From NCBI RefSeq assembly GCF_964188315.1, contig NC_135660.1:36518001-36582000 (forward strand): 64,000 nucleotides of DNA. Reading direction: 5' to 3'. Numbering within the stretch: position 1 is the first letter of the stretch; each line of letters starts with the position of its first letter. Made by a program: the position numbers and the translations under genes. The stretch comes from Podarcis muralis. Lineage: Eukaryota. Below are positions 1 to 12,193 of this stretch, piece by piece. Under the pieces are notes generated by a model that was not told the DNA's origin, made no database searches, and saw only the letters and a program-made list of their open reading frames with translations.

Positions 1-1999
1 AACTCACTTCAGTGAAGTCTGTGGAAAACATACATCTGGCCTATTTTTCTTAAAGGCTTCAAACTGTTGTCCTTAATAGAAAAGGCTTCAAGAGGAACGT
101 GCTTCCTTGCTCCACCTCCTGCATTGACACATTTAGTCCAACTTTAATCCAACCAATGCACATTAAAAATTTCCAGTATTATGTAAAGGGCAAAGTATGC
201 TGCATACTTGGAAACCCAGAAGCCACAAATCCCGTGAGCTCCTTTAGGCATGTGGAAAGCTTGTATGTGCCCAGCAGGACTTTCAACTATTTTCCTTAAC
301 AGCTCCTCCCCAGTGGCAACATTGCAAACTATTTTTAAAGTTCTTCAGCTCTAGAAAAAACAGCCTGTAAACTAAGCTGAGAGGCTGTTGTTGGGAAGAA
401 AATATAAACGTTTTGCAGATGGTACTGAATTAGATGGCAGTTTTATGGATTGTGGTCTTATGTGCCAGGGCTTTGCACACTGCCTTGTGGGCTCTCTGTG
501 AAACCAGGGTCCACATATTCCGCACTTTTCAGCGAAACACATTTTTGTGGCTGATTAGAAAAGCTCAGTATTGCTGGAGCATATTGTGTGCTGCTGACTC
601 TACAGGAGCTCATCATATAACTACTAATGTCTCCATAGGGTAGGTGGAAACTAGTTATCCAAGTGCAGAACTACACATCACATACAAAGATGCATAATAA
701 AACTCTGATGACAGCTTCTAATAAACAAGTGGACTTTCACTAAAAAGCAGAAAGATTTCTTGATCCTCCCATTTCCCCCTTGCAACTCCCCACCCCTTGT
801 GTGGTCTTGCCAAAGGGGGTCCAGATGAATATTTACCTTATAAACATGTACCTGGAAGTTCTGAGGAAACATTTGGGGTGAGATGCAGTACAAAATCCGT
901 TAAGCGCCTATTCTCCTTGCTTTTTTAGTTGCAAAACCTCTCAAAGCAGCAACCATCAGAATGTTATTATTATGTTTGTTGATTATGTAGCACCCCCAAC
1001 CTGTCTTCTAAAAGAGCATTATGGAACATGAACTTAAAGAGTATTGATCTAGGAAGCCCCAATTCTTCATGAAACCCAGTTCAGAATGAATAGTAATTCA
1101 CTGTAAAACTACCACTTCAAGCACATAAAGAGTTCCTGCAATGTGATCAAATAAGCTGACCAAAGGCTCTTTCGCGACCTCTGCTGGATAGTAGAAGGAA
1201 GAGTTTAGCACTCGAACACCATAAGCAGCATTGCATTTTACAGGTGTATAGCACCTCCCTACTGAATTTTAAAATACTGCTCTGGTTGATCAGCACTTTA
1301 AAAAAGGACTTATTTTTGGAGTCTGCTTTGTCAACCTGAAAAATATATATATTTGGAACCTGTGATCTGAACCAGGCAACAGGTTCACTTGCAGTGGCAT
1401 ACCTTGGAGCCTCAAAAGTCAGCGATGCCCTGTACGATGGCAAAATACAGCACCCCACCTTCCATTCAACATCATAGTTGTGGCGCCCCTGAGGCTCCAC
1501 ATCCAGTGTGACTGAATCAGTCACACTTCCCTAAATCTGCCACTGCCACCTAAACCCAAAGTTGCTTAACAATTAATAACTTTAGCTGCAGAGGGCATGG
1601 CCCTGCCCTTGTAGGATTCACCAGTTCTTTTCCTGTTCAGCTTGAAGTACCTCAGCCATAAATCCAGCTTCAAAGATTAGTACATGCTGTGTTTTTGATT
1701 TACTCTGTCTCAAATTCTCATGCCACTTAAAATATTTATGTAGCAATTGGTAAAATAGATGCAATTTTGTTGCTGTGATACTGTTCACTCATTTGCTTTC
1801 AATGGAAGCTTCTCTCTGTCTTCAGGAAAACTTGCTTGCTGAATTATCCCTGAAAGCTAGCCTATTACAGTAAATATTTGGCTTCAGATTGGAGGAGTTG
1901 AGACCATGAGTAAAGTATTAGAGACAACATGCTGCTTACCAGATCAGGATTCCTAGGACTATGGCCTTAAACTACCTTGTTTTTACCTCCCCACATACC

Positions 2000-2420
2000 C
2001 TTACATACAGACCAGAAGGAACAAAAATACGAAGTTTGAATCCTACCATGGGGAATTATGGCAAAAACCACATTGGTCCATATTACCTGAAAAATTAGGT
2101 CTTAATCATGGGAATTAAAAGAACTCATGGTATGTGTGCCACTCAAAGGAAAGAAGAAAGCTAAAACAAACCTGTAGTTTTATAGCCTTAACTGGACTTC
2201 CTCCCTGTAGTAGTTTCTCTCTGTAGTCGGTTTATCCATCCCTCTCCCCCTCTGCCTTGTTCTTGTTGCAACTGACTCATACTGACTCTGCTGAAGTGAA
2301 ATCTACACACCTTTCCTTAAAAAGCTAAAAGGGTGAAATTTACAAGACAGTTTTACCCTCTGACCAGCTGCTGCAGAACTCATGAGACCCACTGCATATC
2401 TCACAAAGTTCATTCAAAGA
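2000..2420 (-). mobile_element. Possible degenerate LTR
   Basis: Minus strand begins TGTGAG; composition and ACTGACTC repeats resemble the LTR at 25540. No TSD identified. Confidence 0.3.
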
Positions 2421-3040
2421 ACAACCACACAGTTACTAACACATTTCTTTAATATAAATACATGGAATAAATGTTAACAGGATTTCTATGGCACTGGGAA
2501 GGAGATCTGTAATAAAAATATACAAACTGCAAACCTTCTTTTACCTCTTCAGAAATGCTTGTGTAAAATTATTTTAATGCCTAATACTCAGAAGCAGTGT
2601 TTAGGACAGACTCATAGAGATCATAAAAGAAAGTTCAGATTGTTTGTCTCTTCTGCTTGATCTAAACATCCAATATGATATAGCGTGACTGGTCTGGTGA
2701 GGTCATACAATCAGCTTGCAACCAAGTACCAAACAGAGACTAATATTAACCATACAGTTTGGTTAATGTTTACTGCCACTGGGAACAGTTCCTTGGCTCA
2801 TATCACAAACCCCAACAATGAAACATGATGTAAAAACAACAACCTGACATGTTTTAAGGAATTATTAATTTACACACTTATTGTGTGCAGCTTCTAAGGC
2901 TCTGATATATCTACAAAGACCTAATAATCAGTGACTCAGGATTGGAAGTTTTACAAATGTTTTCTTTCCAAATTAAAGCAGGTAGATGTGGATGAAGTGC
3001 TGGTAACATTTTAATTACTGCAAGAAGTATCACAGGCACA

Positions 3041-3166
3041 CTAGTTTCCTGTCGGAGGAATATTTTCATGAAGGTATTGCAAAGCCAAGTCAGTCCATTT
3101 CATTTCTTGTTCTTTTACAGATTCTGTTGTGCCACCATTGTCTTGTTCTGGTTCAGGAAGCTCATT
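3041..3166 (-). CDS. ANAPC13: ANAPC13 coding exon 2 (aa 34-74 plus TAG)
   Basis: Acceptor AG at 3168-3167; 126 nt; stop TAG at 3043-3041. Confidence 0.97.
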   Translation of the reverse strand, partial: NELPEPEQDNGGTTESVKEQEMKWTDLALQYLHENIPPTGN

Positions 3167-5158
3167 CTGAGAACAGAAACATATTAAATTATTTAAAATG
3201 TTTTAAAAAGCAACAGCATCTAGAAATATTTGACACTGATGGATTAAGGACCAATAAATGTGACTGAAAGAAAAATGTATCTCACATATCTGTTTATGAA
3301 GTATGCTAGAAAAAATTGCAATTCCAGCCATGTCTATATTTTGGGAGAACATTCTGTGTGTGTGTTTTCTGCCTGATGTGTGTGTGTGTGTATCCCCATT
3401 CCTGTTGACTCTCCTTGATCTCTCGGAAGCTTTCGCTACCATAAACCATGACATCCTCCCAGAGTAGTTTTGTGGGACAGGTTATTTGAGGCACCGTTAT
3501 GGTGAGTCTTCCCCTACTTGCACATCCACTACCAGAGTGGCATTGGGGGACTTCTATGGCTTTTGCTCCATACTATCCTTTATACTGTTTAGCATCTACT
3601 GGTATATGAAGCTACTTGCAGAGGCCACTCAGGAATTTGGGGAATGGTGTCACCAGAAAGCTGATGACCACCAACCCTATCTCTCCTTACCACAGTGAAA
3701 CTGTGCAAGCATTGAACCATTGCTCACAGGGAGTTATCGACTGGATAAGGGTCATTAAAGTGATCTGCAAAGGACTGTACTCTTCCTGAAGGAGCAGGTA
3801 TATAGCTTGTGGGTACATTTGGAATAATATCTGTTGATAGAATCCCAAATGGCTTCAGTAGCTATTTCCAGCTCCAGTTGGTATGCCAGCCTTGATTCTT
3901 ACTGCTCCAAAAGAGGCTGGCCAAGTTATTCATGCATTGTTAAACTCCTGGTTTAACTATTGTATCATGCTCTGTGTAAGGCTAATCTTGAAGGAGGTCT
4001 GGAAGCTGCATCAAGTGCAGAATACAGCTGCAAGTGTGGTGAGGGGTGTGATGAAGAGATCTCACATTACATCAATTTTGCATCGACTGCACTGGCTATC
4101 TGCTACCATTAAAAATATAGCTATTGACATTAAAATTCCTTAACTGCTTAGAACTCAGTAAGTATACTCAATAGATATGGTTAATTGTGCAGTGTCCTGA
4201 GATAATTTTCTCTGCGATGGCTCCCAACACATAATGAAACTCCCTCCCCTCTCTTGGTCCCTCATGCTTTTGTGTTGGCAAGTGACGATTCAGCTCTTTA
4301 CAACAGGCATTTGAGAGAGTCAAGAGCTGAAATTTACTAGGTGGGTGAAATATACATACACTGTAGTATCATTTTCCACTTCGGCTAAACATGCTCACTA
4401 GAGCCAGTTTCTTGTACTGTGTGGTATCCTAATCCAACAAATGTGCACAGATACAGATAGCACAAAATGTGGCTCTGGAAAGTACAGTTTTAAATTGTTT
4501 TTAATACATTGCATTTTAATGCTGAAGCCTGCTATGGGAATTTAAAATAAATAAACAACCAAGTACTTTTAATGAGGCAATTCTGACCTGTTTCATTATT
4601 GCTACAAAAGATGTGAAGGAAGCCAGGATCCTCCACGAAGCGTGCCAACCCAGTTACAAAGCACATTTAAATATGGTTGCAGTGGGAAGTTACCCACATT
4701 AGCAATATGAGTCAAATATTGACTTGGGAACCGCGCTTGCCTCATACCAGGCAGTTTTGCCCCTGGTTGCANNNNNNNNNNNNNNNNNNNNNNNNNNNNN
4801 NNNNNNNNNNNNNNNNNNNNNNNNNNNNNNNNNNNNNNNNNNNNNNNNNNNNNNNNNNNNNNNNNNNNNNNNNNNNNNNNNNNNNNNNNNNNNNNNNNNN
4901 NNNNNNNNNNNNNATTTGGGCATCACCCACCTGATGAGGAGAAAGGGGCACAGAGATCGGCCCCTTCCCCGACCATAAGGCAGATATGCCCATGTGGTTA
5001 GAGGTCTGACCCAGGGAAACCAATTTAGGGCCAGGCTCTTGAGCGCCCACTCAACTCACCAGCGGTATTGCCACATCTTCGTAGGGCAACTTATCTTCCC
5101 TCCACGCGTCGTCGATCAAATCCAGGATCCGCCCGTCTCTCTGCACCTCGCTGTCCAT
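3041..5158 (-). CDS. ANAPC13: Anaphase-promoting complex subunit 13, complete CDS complement(join(3041..3166,5060..5158)), 74 aa
   Basis: Translation MDSEVQRDGRILDLIDDAWREDKLPYEDVAIPL|NELPEPEQDNGGTTESVKEQEMKWTDLALQYLHENIPPTGN* is nearly identical to human APC13 as recalled. Phase-0 intron with CTG|GTGAGT donor and TTCTCAG|AAT acceptor. Head-to-head with CEP63 as in mammals. Confidence 0.98.
3500..4320 (+). mobile_element. Degenerate L2-clade LINE, RT and 3' ORF2 fragment
   Basis: CHQKADDHQPYLS (YADD motif remnant) and IHALLNSWFNYC...LHQVQNTAA...HITSILHRLHWL, typical of the L2 ORF2 C-terminus. Confidence 0.8.
4772..4913. other. Assembly gap (142 N) in ANAPC13 intron
   Basis: Run of N bases. 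Confidence 1.
5060..5158 (-). CDS. ANAPC13: ANAPC13 coding exon 1 (aa 1-33); exon probably begins at 5185
   Basis: ATG at 5158-5156 (context cgaagATGG), donor GT at 5059-5058; upstream acceptor tttataacgcAG at 5187-5186. Confidence 0.97.
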
Positions 5159-5330
5159 CTTCGTGCAACCCGGAGAGAACCAGGGCTGCGTTATAAAGGA
5201 GGCGTCCACGTCACACACAGGCTTCGGACCCTGATCCTAAGCGTGCCTGCGCTTTGCTTTCATTCGGAAAAAGGCAGGCGGCTTGGGACAACCGCCGTAG
5301 CCCCGCTCCTGTCACCCGCCAGCTCCTCAC

Positions 5331-5375
5331 CTAAGACGCGCCACTGTTTTCCGAACCTCGGAGGCAGAGGAAGTG
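5331..5375 (-). other. ANAPC13: Inferred non-coding first exon of ANAPC13 (5' end approximate)
   Basis: Minus-strand donor TTAG|GTGAGG at 5330-5329 pairs with the acceptor at 5187-5186 (145-nt intron with a TGAC branch-like motif). The TSS position is inferred. Confidence 0.6.
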
Positions 5376-5384
5376 ACATCACAG

Positions 5385-5507
5385 GAAGCGGCTCCAGAAG
5401 CCGGAAACCCATAGAGATGGAGGAAGAAAAAGAAGAGAGCGTCGCTAGTCTTACCCAAACAACGCGGGCGGGAGTCACGAACCAGAAAGAGACTCCCAAG
5501 TTCTGAG
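5385..5507 (+). other. CEP63: Inferred first exon of CEP63 (5' UTR; 5' end approximate)
   Basis: Donor GAG|GTAACG at 5508 immediately downstream of the ETS core; no CEP63 coding sequence. Confidence 0.6.
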
Positions 5508-6383
5508 GTAACGGGTGGGGGCGTGGCTGAGTGGCTCGCGCGGGAGACGGCGTGGAAAGAGAAGCTCGACACTCTGTTTCGCCGGCCATTACCCCTGGCG
5601 CGGCGTTGGTCGGGCGGGCTCGTTTCTCTTTCTCCGGGTGACGGGAGATTGGCGAGGCGTCCCTTCTTTCTCCTCTGGCCTTTGGCGCTTCGCGGGCAGC
5701 AGAACCGCCTCTCCCTCGCGGCGCGCTCCTCGGTTATTACGCGCGCCTGTGAGGTAACTTCGTAACGTGTGCACGCGACCCACGCGCGAAACTGCCTCCT
5801 GGCTTCTGCCCTCCGCCGGCTGGGAGCGCGGAGCTCTGGCCCTCGGTGGCGACTTGGGCGTGGAGATTCGTCTCCAAGGTCGGCCCTTAGAAAGCAGCGC
5901 CTTGTAAAAGCGGCCAGGGGGGAAACAACAGCGCCCTTTTGCTTCCATTCTCTTCCTCGAGGGACAGGAACCACTGTCAGTCGGAGGCGGCAAATTGCAG
6001 CTCAGTGGTGGCCAGAGGCCATTTCCTGCAAGTGACCCTTTTTTAAAAGGGGGAGACGTTGGCGACCTTTTGCCTGCCCTGCTTGCATCAGTTCAGCCCG
6101 TGTTTTTAGCTTTCGCAGCCCAGCTCTGTGTTGCACATACTTGTTTGGAAGCAAAGCCCCACCGTTCAGTTCACTCCCAAGCAGCTTGTGCTTCTGATCT
6201 TACAGATGCTTGCTTCAGCAAAGCATTTCTTTGTTGTGCTTAACTCTGGATGTGTTTTTGAATTAACACTCTTTTGTTACCACCCGCCCCTTTCACCTGA
6301 GGCCCTTTAACTCCTTGCAGCTGTAAACCTTGCAGCTTAAAAGTTTTAATCGTATTGCACCCACACCAGTTATTTGTCGAAGG

Positions 6384-6494
6384 CAGTGTATCCCAAACTC
6401 GGGTCTCCAGCTATCGGGATCGGTGGTCAGGGATGATGGGAGGGGGGTGAATAGTCCAAAAACAGCTGGCAAACCCAAGTTTGTGGAAACACTG
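6384..6494. mobile_element. Non-autonomous hAT-type MITE
   Basis: TIRs CAGTGTATCCCAAACTCGGGT / ACCCAAGTTTGTGGAAACACTG; 8-bp TSD gtcgaagg / gtctaagg (7/8). Confidence 0.8.
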
Positions 6495-6564
6495 GTCTAA
6501 GGCTTTTTATACCACCTTTCACAGAAGTTTTTGGGATAGTCTTGCAATACAACCACCACCATGA

Positions 6565-6754
6565 ATACGCTTCAGGTTACAGACTCTGCTAACCCAGAAA
6601 TACTGCTTCAGGTTAAGAACTTTGCTTCAGGATGAGAACAGAAATCGTGCTCCGGCAGCGCGACAGCAGCAGGAGGCCCCATTAGCTAAAGTGGTGCTTC
6701 AGGTTAAGAACAGACCTCCGGAACGAATTAAGTACTTAACCCGAGATACCACTG
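6565..6754. mobile_element. Tc1/mariner MITE, left-truncated
   Basis: Ends GATACCACTG|TA; same family as 17984, 40254 and 41521. Confidence 0.85.
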
Positions 6755-7285
6755 TACTTTTATTTAAAGCATGCATATTAGCCATATAGCACACATGGGA
6801 AAAAGATACTCAACAGCCCATTCTTCAATATTTATACATTGCACGGGTGTGTTAAGCATCTCATTGAAACAAACGTGGATAACATAACATCTGAGGTGAC
6901 ATTTTTCTTTTTTTGTGTTACAATCAGGCTTAATTATTATTGCAATATAAAGTACTACTTAAGAGCTTCAAAAATATAGACTTCAGCAACTGCCATATGT
7001 GTACATACCTAGAATTATGCCCAAATGAACAAAGTCAGACTGAATAAAAAAGAATAGGGAGTGGGGTGACTTTGTAAGGAACAGCAAGATACTCAAGTTG
7101 AGTAGCACAAATCTACTGTATGTAGCTCAATAGCTATCTTGCATTTGTTTTAAAAAGATGCTGAGTTTCCCAAGCAGTAATATGTTGCTTACATTTATAA
7201 ATTTGCTTTTAAACATGTAGCTGTCACTCAGAAAACCTTGGAACAATACACATCTTTGTGAGAAACTTTACAAAACCTTTTATAG

Positions 7286-7535
7286 CAGGGGTGGAGAATA
7301 AAATCTGTCTGGTGGCCCAGATGGGTGGGGGGACTGCCCATCTGTCAGTCACCTGGCATAATCATTGCCTGTCAGCCTGATCCTGTTTCCCACCCTTCTC
7401 CACACATTAAATTCAAACAATGTGATGTGGAGAAGTATGCCTTGCCTCTCCAGTACAGGTGTTGAACCTTTGTCAGTGTTTACCAGTCTCTAGAAGTGGC
7501 TCGACTTTCTTATCTGAGATCTTTGCATTTCCCTC
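7286..7535. mobile_element. Degenerate hAT-type MITE
   Basis: Begins CAGGGGTGGAGAA; right end eroded. Confidence 0.45.
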
Positions 7536-8289
7536 ATGTGTGCTCACAAGTTGACCTTTCCAACTTAAGCTTTCTGGGGGGAAATATTAAATGAGTGAGT
7601 TTTATTTTAAAAAATAATGTAAGTATGTTATTTGGTATATTTTTAATTGGGTTTTAGCCCACATTATTAAATCAGCCCATTGAGGCAGGCATACAGAGGA
7701 TACACACATCAGAATCTTTCACCCTGGATCTTTTTTTCTCTAAAATGGCTTCATCACTTGCAATAGTTCCGCCAGAAGATAAACCCATTAGTTCCTGAAT
7801 GGCTAATATTTCGTAGCTCTATGTTTGATGCTCTAAAAGAGAGCAGGGCACAAATATAGCAAAAGAATTGCAAACAAGCTTTTTTATGTAGAAAGGCCCA
7901 TATAATTGGTACTTTTGGCTTTATATCAATATAATCTGCAACAATGTAATCCCTTTGTTATCGGAAACAATCCACATACTTTACTAAAGCACTTGCAAAA
8001 TCCAGATAGCAAGCGAGTAATAAGTCTGGTTTGTTACCTTGCAAATTATCTTTCATTTATAAGGTGCTTAAGGTGCTTGATACGTGGCCTACAAATTTAT
8101 TGAAGTGACAACTATTCCCTGCATACTTAAAGTAAACTGTGTAAATCTTCACCTTTCCTTTTCTCAATTGTCAGACACATCTCACGTTTTGCAGTCACCT
8201 AGAGACGGATTGGACATGGTGATGAATTACTGTGGCATAACCTTTATTTTGCTTACTTTTTTAGCTGCCCTAAAGGATGTGATTTCAGG

Positions 8290-8321
8290 ATGGAGGCATT
8301 GCTAGAAAGAATACAGGGCAG
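8290..8321 (+). CDS. CEP63: CEP63 start exon (exon 8265-8321), [10 protein letters not shown](R)
   Basis: Acceptor ttttttAG 8263-8264, aggATGG, donor AG|GTATGT 8322. Confidence 0.92.
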
Positions 8322-11300
8322 GTATGTGTATACTAGTACTAGTTACCAATGGCTTTATTCAGATGCATACATTACACAAATGCATAGATTACACTGAACC
8401 AGGAAGATGGGTTTGCACATGTGCTTCACATGTCAGGCTCTTCACAGTCCCAGATATGATAGTTACTTCCACAGTAATTGCGCTCACAGATCCTGTTTTG
8501 CTAGCATTATCTGAAAGAATTATGCTCTTCCTCAGATGTGCACTATCTCTGGTGGGTATTACCATTTTGACAGAAAAATAGCAGCTACAGCTTCCAGAAT
8601 GTGCTTATGAAGCTGCTCTTCCTGAAATCCTCTAGAACAGGGGTGCCCAACCAGTCAACTGTGATCGACAGGTCGACCCCTGGGTGATCGTGGTTGATCG
8701 CAGGATCCTTACCGCTCGAGTTGTTTAGAATCATGTCTCCGCCCCCCTCCCCCCTTGGTCTTTCACTGCGTCACGTTTAGTAACAACTTTGGTCTGCCCC
8801 CCCCCCCCCAACTGGTAGATCACTGCCAGTTTTTCCCCCTGGGAGTAGATTGCATCTCCTGGGAGTTGGACATCCCTGCTCTAGAACATATTTTCCTCTT
8901 TGATCTTGTTGTTTTCATTAAAGGGACAGTGTATCTGTGTTTCTTCAGCTTTCTTACACAGAACTTGACACCCTAAGAATCTTGGCTTTTTATTATTGAA
9001 CAAGCATATTTTCCTTATGTGTCAGTCATGTCTTTGGAAGGGTCAGAAACTGCAAAGATGTAACCCATGTTTTCAGGAGATCAGGCTGTTGTCCAGCAAT
9101 CCCTCACAAAGCATCGGTCCTATTTTTACCTTGCTTAATTATCATTCCCATTTACCCACAGCCATCTCAGTTGTCACTAAAATACCATATTTTGTGCCCC
9201 ATAGGACGCTCTGGCCCATAGGACACACCTAGTTTTTTGGGGGGGAAATAAAGAAAAAAAATTTTATTCCCCCCCCCCCCCAGGTGCGGGGCTGGAAGAA
9301 CCAGGTTGGGGAACAGCGGGAAGGCGCGCTCTGCCTCCCCGCTGTCCCCCGAGCTTGTGGGGCTGGCGATGGGGAGAAGTGCGCTGATCCCGGGACTGCA
9401 GGCAGCTCTGCGCAGCCATCGGGAGCGGGGCGGGACTTCACGCCCGGCTCCCGGTGGCCGTGCAGAGCTGCGCTGATCCCGGGACTGCAGGCAGCTCTGC
9501 GCAACCACCTGGAGCGGGGCGGGACTTCGCGCCCGGCTCCCGGTGGCCGCGCAGAGCTGCGCTGATCCCAGGACTGCAGGCAGCTCTGCGCGGCCACCGG
9601 GAGCGGGGTGGGACTTAAAAATATTTGGACATTCTTAGGAAAATGAGGCATTTAAAACTCCACTTAACACTTGCTTGTTGTTGTGCTTAGGATTTGGGGT
9701 GGACCACAAAGTTACGTGGTCCAAGCCTGATAAATTCAAATTAGCTGAAGCCCTTCTGGTCACTTTCATTTTTAAAAAATAATATGACCCCTGGTGTTAT
9801 GCAGGCTTCCCAGCTTTTATCCCTGTGAGTGTATTGTGGGGAATCATTGTATGCTGAAGTTACATTGCATTGCCCCGTTACATGCTCTCTGTTGGTGCTT
9901 TTGGCTGGAGGAACCCATCCCTTAGCATAGCAATAAAAGGAAGTATTACCATTGCCTGATTATTATGGTGTGTATGAGGGAGTGAGAGAAGCAAGGAAAG
10001 CTTTGCTTACCTGGTATCTCTCTCCGGTATTTGCTCCATGATTAAAGCAACTGTGCATGGTTTACCATGGAAAAACAGATACAAATAAGGGATGAGGATA
10101 ATTTATTTATTTTTAATAGAAGTTTCCAGACTTCATGTGAAGCAGAACTACAGGAGCTGATGAAGCAGATAGACATAATGGTGGCCCATAAGAAAACTGA
10201 ATGGGAAACTCAAACCCGGGCACTAGAATCCTGCTTGGATGTGCGAGAGCAGGAACTGTCCTCTCTCAGGAATGCATTGGATGAGAAATGTAAAGAGGTA
10301 CTTTTATAGCTTTGGTGCTATGTGTACTTGTCTATGCTTTCCTTTCTGAAATTTCACTGCAGTCTGTTGCACTGCATAAAGTTGTACCCCCTCTCATCTT
10401 TCCTATATCCTTTTAGCAGTTTATGAATGCTGAATCAAAAATCCTGAAAGACTAGCATTACAACTTCAGCATAAAAAAGGAGTAAAATATTCCAGTTCTA
10501 AAAAAAATCTGGAGAAAATAAAATGTATTCACCTGGCTCCAAAGGTGATGTTGGGCTTGGCATCAGTAGAGCCTCATTGAGGGAGAGAATTCCATAATGG
10601 CATCATCAGCCCAGGAAAGGCTATATCCATGGCCACTACCTATCTCACTTGTGGGCTGGGGCAGGTGTGGGGAGACCTCACAGCAAGATCTTTGAGCTTA
10701 GTGCTGAGGCAGATTCATGTTGAAGAAGATAATCCTTCAGGCACTCTGGTCCCAAGGTGTTTTGGACTTTAAAAACTTTATATTGTGCTCAGAAACAGAC
10801 TGATAGCCAGTGTTTTTCCAGAACTAACGATTAGCCTCAGTCAATATCTTTTCCACATAATTTTGTATGAACTAACATTTCTTCAGCCTTCAATGACAAT
10901 CTTAAGTACAACTCATTACACAAGTCTAAAAGAGGCTACCGGAGTGTGAATAGCTATAGCCACATTATATGCATTATATGAAGCTCCGTAACACAGTGTA
11001 ATAACACAGTTGTGGGGCAGAGCAATATTTCACTGCATCACTTTCTTGAATGAAACTACTGAAGAACAGTAACCCAAATTCTTGCTTGCGATACCTGAAC
11101 CTGAAGGATACCACGCTTGATGTATCTAAAGCTGCTGAATATTCCAGGAGAGTCGGAAGATTTGCCTTGTCCTTCTTCCAGGATAGAAATCAAGCCTTCT
11201 TATTTTGTTTAACATAATATATTATATTCCAGATAATGGTTTAAATTTTACTTTCCTCTTTAGAATGTGACACGGCATCTTGGGTTTATTCTGCAGTTGT

Positions 11301-12144
11301 TTCATTGTTACTGTGTATAGCTGGCACAGACAGTGTGCATTCTTTTTCCAGTTCCTTATTGTGGCAGGCTATTAATCTCACTTCTGAATAGGCTAATTAT
11401 AGGCTTATTAAAATGTAATGAAGGCCTCCCTTTGGGAGCACAAACAATTTCTAGGAGCTGCACAAGCTTGTTCTGACACTATTTCCAAACCTCACACTGT
11501 GTCTACCTTGGCTCAAGAGAGAAAGTATAACCTGTGTTCCATTTTCCAATCAATGTTAATGTGGGCAGATGTGCTACCTCCTCAGTTTTGTAGATTGTTG
11601 CTGCTTTGGGAGGGAAATTGAGTCATTTTCCCCCCTGCTTTGCAGGTGTTCTTGCTCCTCTCTCCACCTTGGGAATTTAGAACATGCCAGGGGCAAAAGA
11701 GACACTTGCTCTATCCCATTTCACTGATCAGCCAAATCAGTGGTCTTCTGTTTTCTTTGTTACACTTGGGTAGACTCAACCACTTATTTGTGGTGGAGAG
11801 ATCATTGTAGCAAAGTCTGAGGAAAATAACGTGTAGTGAACCCTTCCTTAATTGTGCTGTACAGGATGATTTTCACAGTTTCTTCACTTTAGTGACTTTT
11901 TCCATTGTCCCATAAAAGTTGGAAAATAAAAGGAGAGGGTTTCTGCTGTTGGTCAAATGACATTTGGTGTCTTTCAGATTGAAAGGCTGTGTCAGCGACT
12001 AGAAGGGATGGAACAACTGAATCGTGATATGACTATGGAATATGAACAGCAGTTACGAAAAGTCCAGGAAGAGGTGAGCCTCCTCAAGTCCAGCTTTTAT
12101 TTTATATTGTAGGTTATGATATTGCCATGTCTATAATCTTGTCA

Positions 12145-12193
<49 letters not shown>

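Larger units (their letters stand above)
4990..6070. promoter_or_regulatory. CpG island / bidirectional promoter of ANAPC13 and CEP63
   Basis: Abrupt rise in GC and CpG. Tandem ETS-type GGAAG motifs (GGAAGTGACATCACAGGAAGCGG 5369-5391, CCGGAAA 5401-5407), NRF1-like GCGTGCCTGCGC near 5241, E2F sites TTTGGCGC 5681-5688 and GCGCGAAA 5784-5791, inverted CCAAT (ATTGG) 5648-5652. Confidence 0.9.

Noticed and set aside
4677-5050. ORFs running through X residues
   Set aside because: Artefacts of the N gap.
4994-6035. Long overlapping ORFs on both strands (170, 215 and 134 aa)
   Set aside because: Expected in a stop-poor CpG island; Arg/Pro/Ala-rich, no recognisable family; the region is explained by the promoter and first exons.
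9167-9651. ORFs with repeated peptides; CRISPR-like appearance of the 89-bp array
   Set aside because: Translations of a GC-rich minisatellite. There are no unique spacers, and this is a eukaryotic intron.
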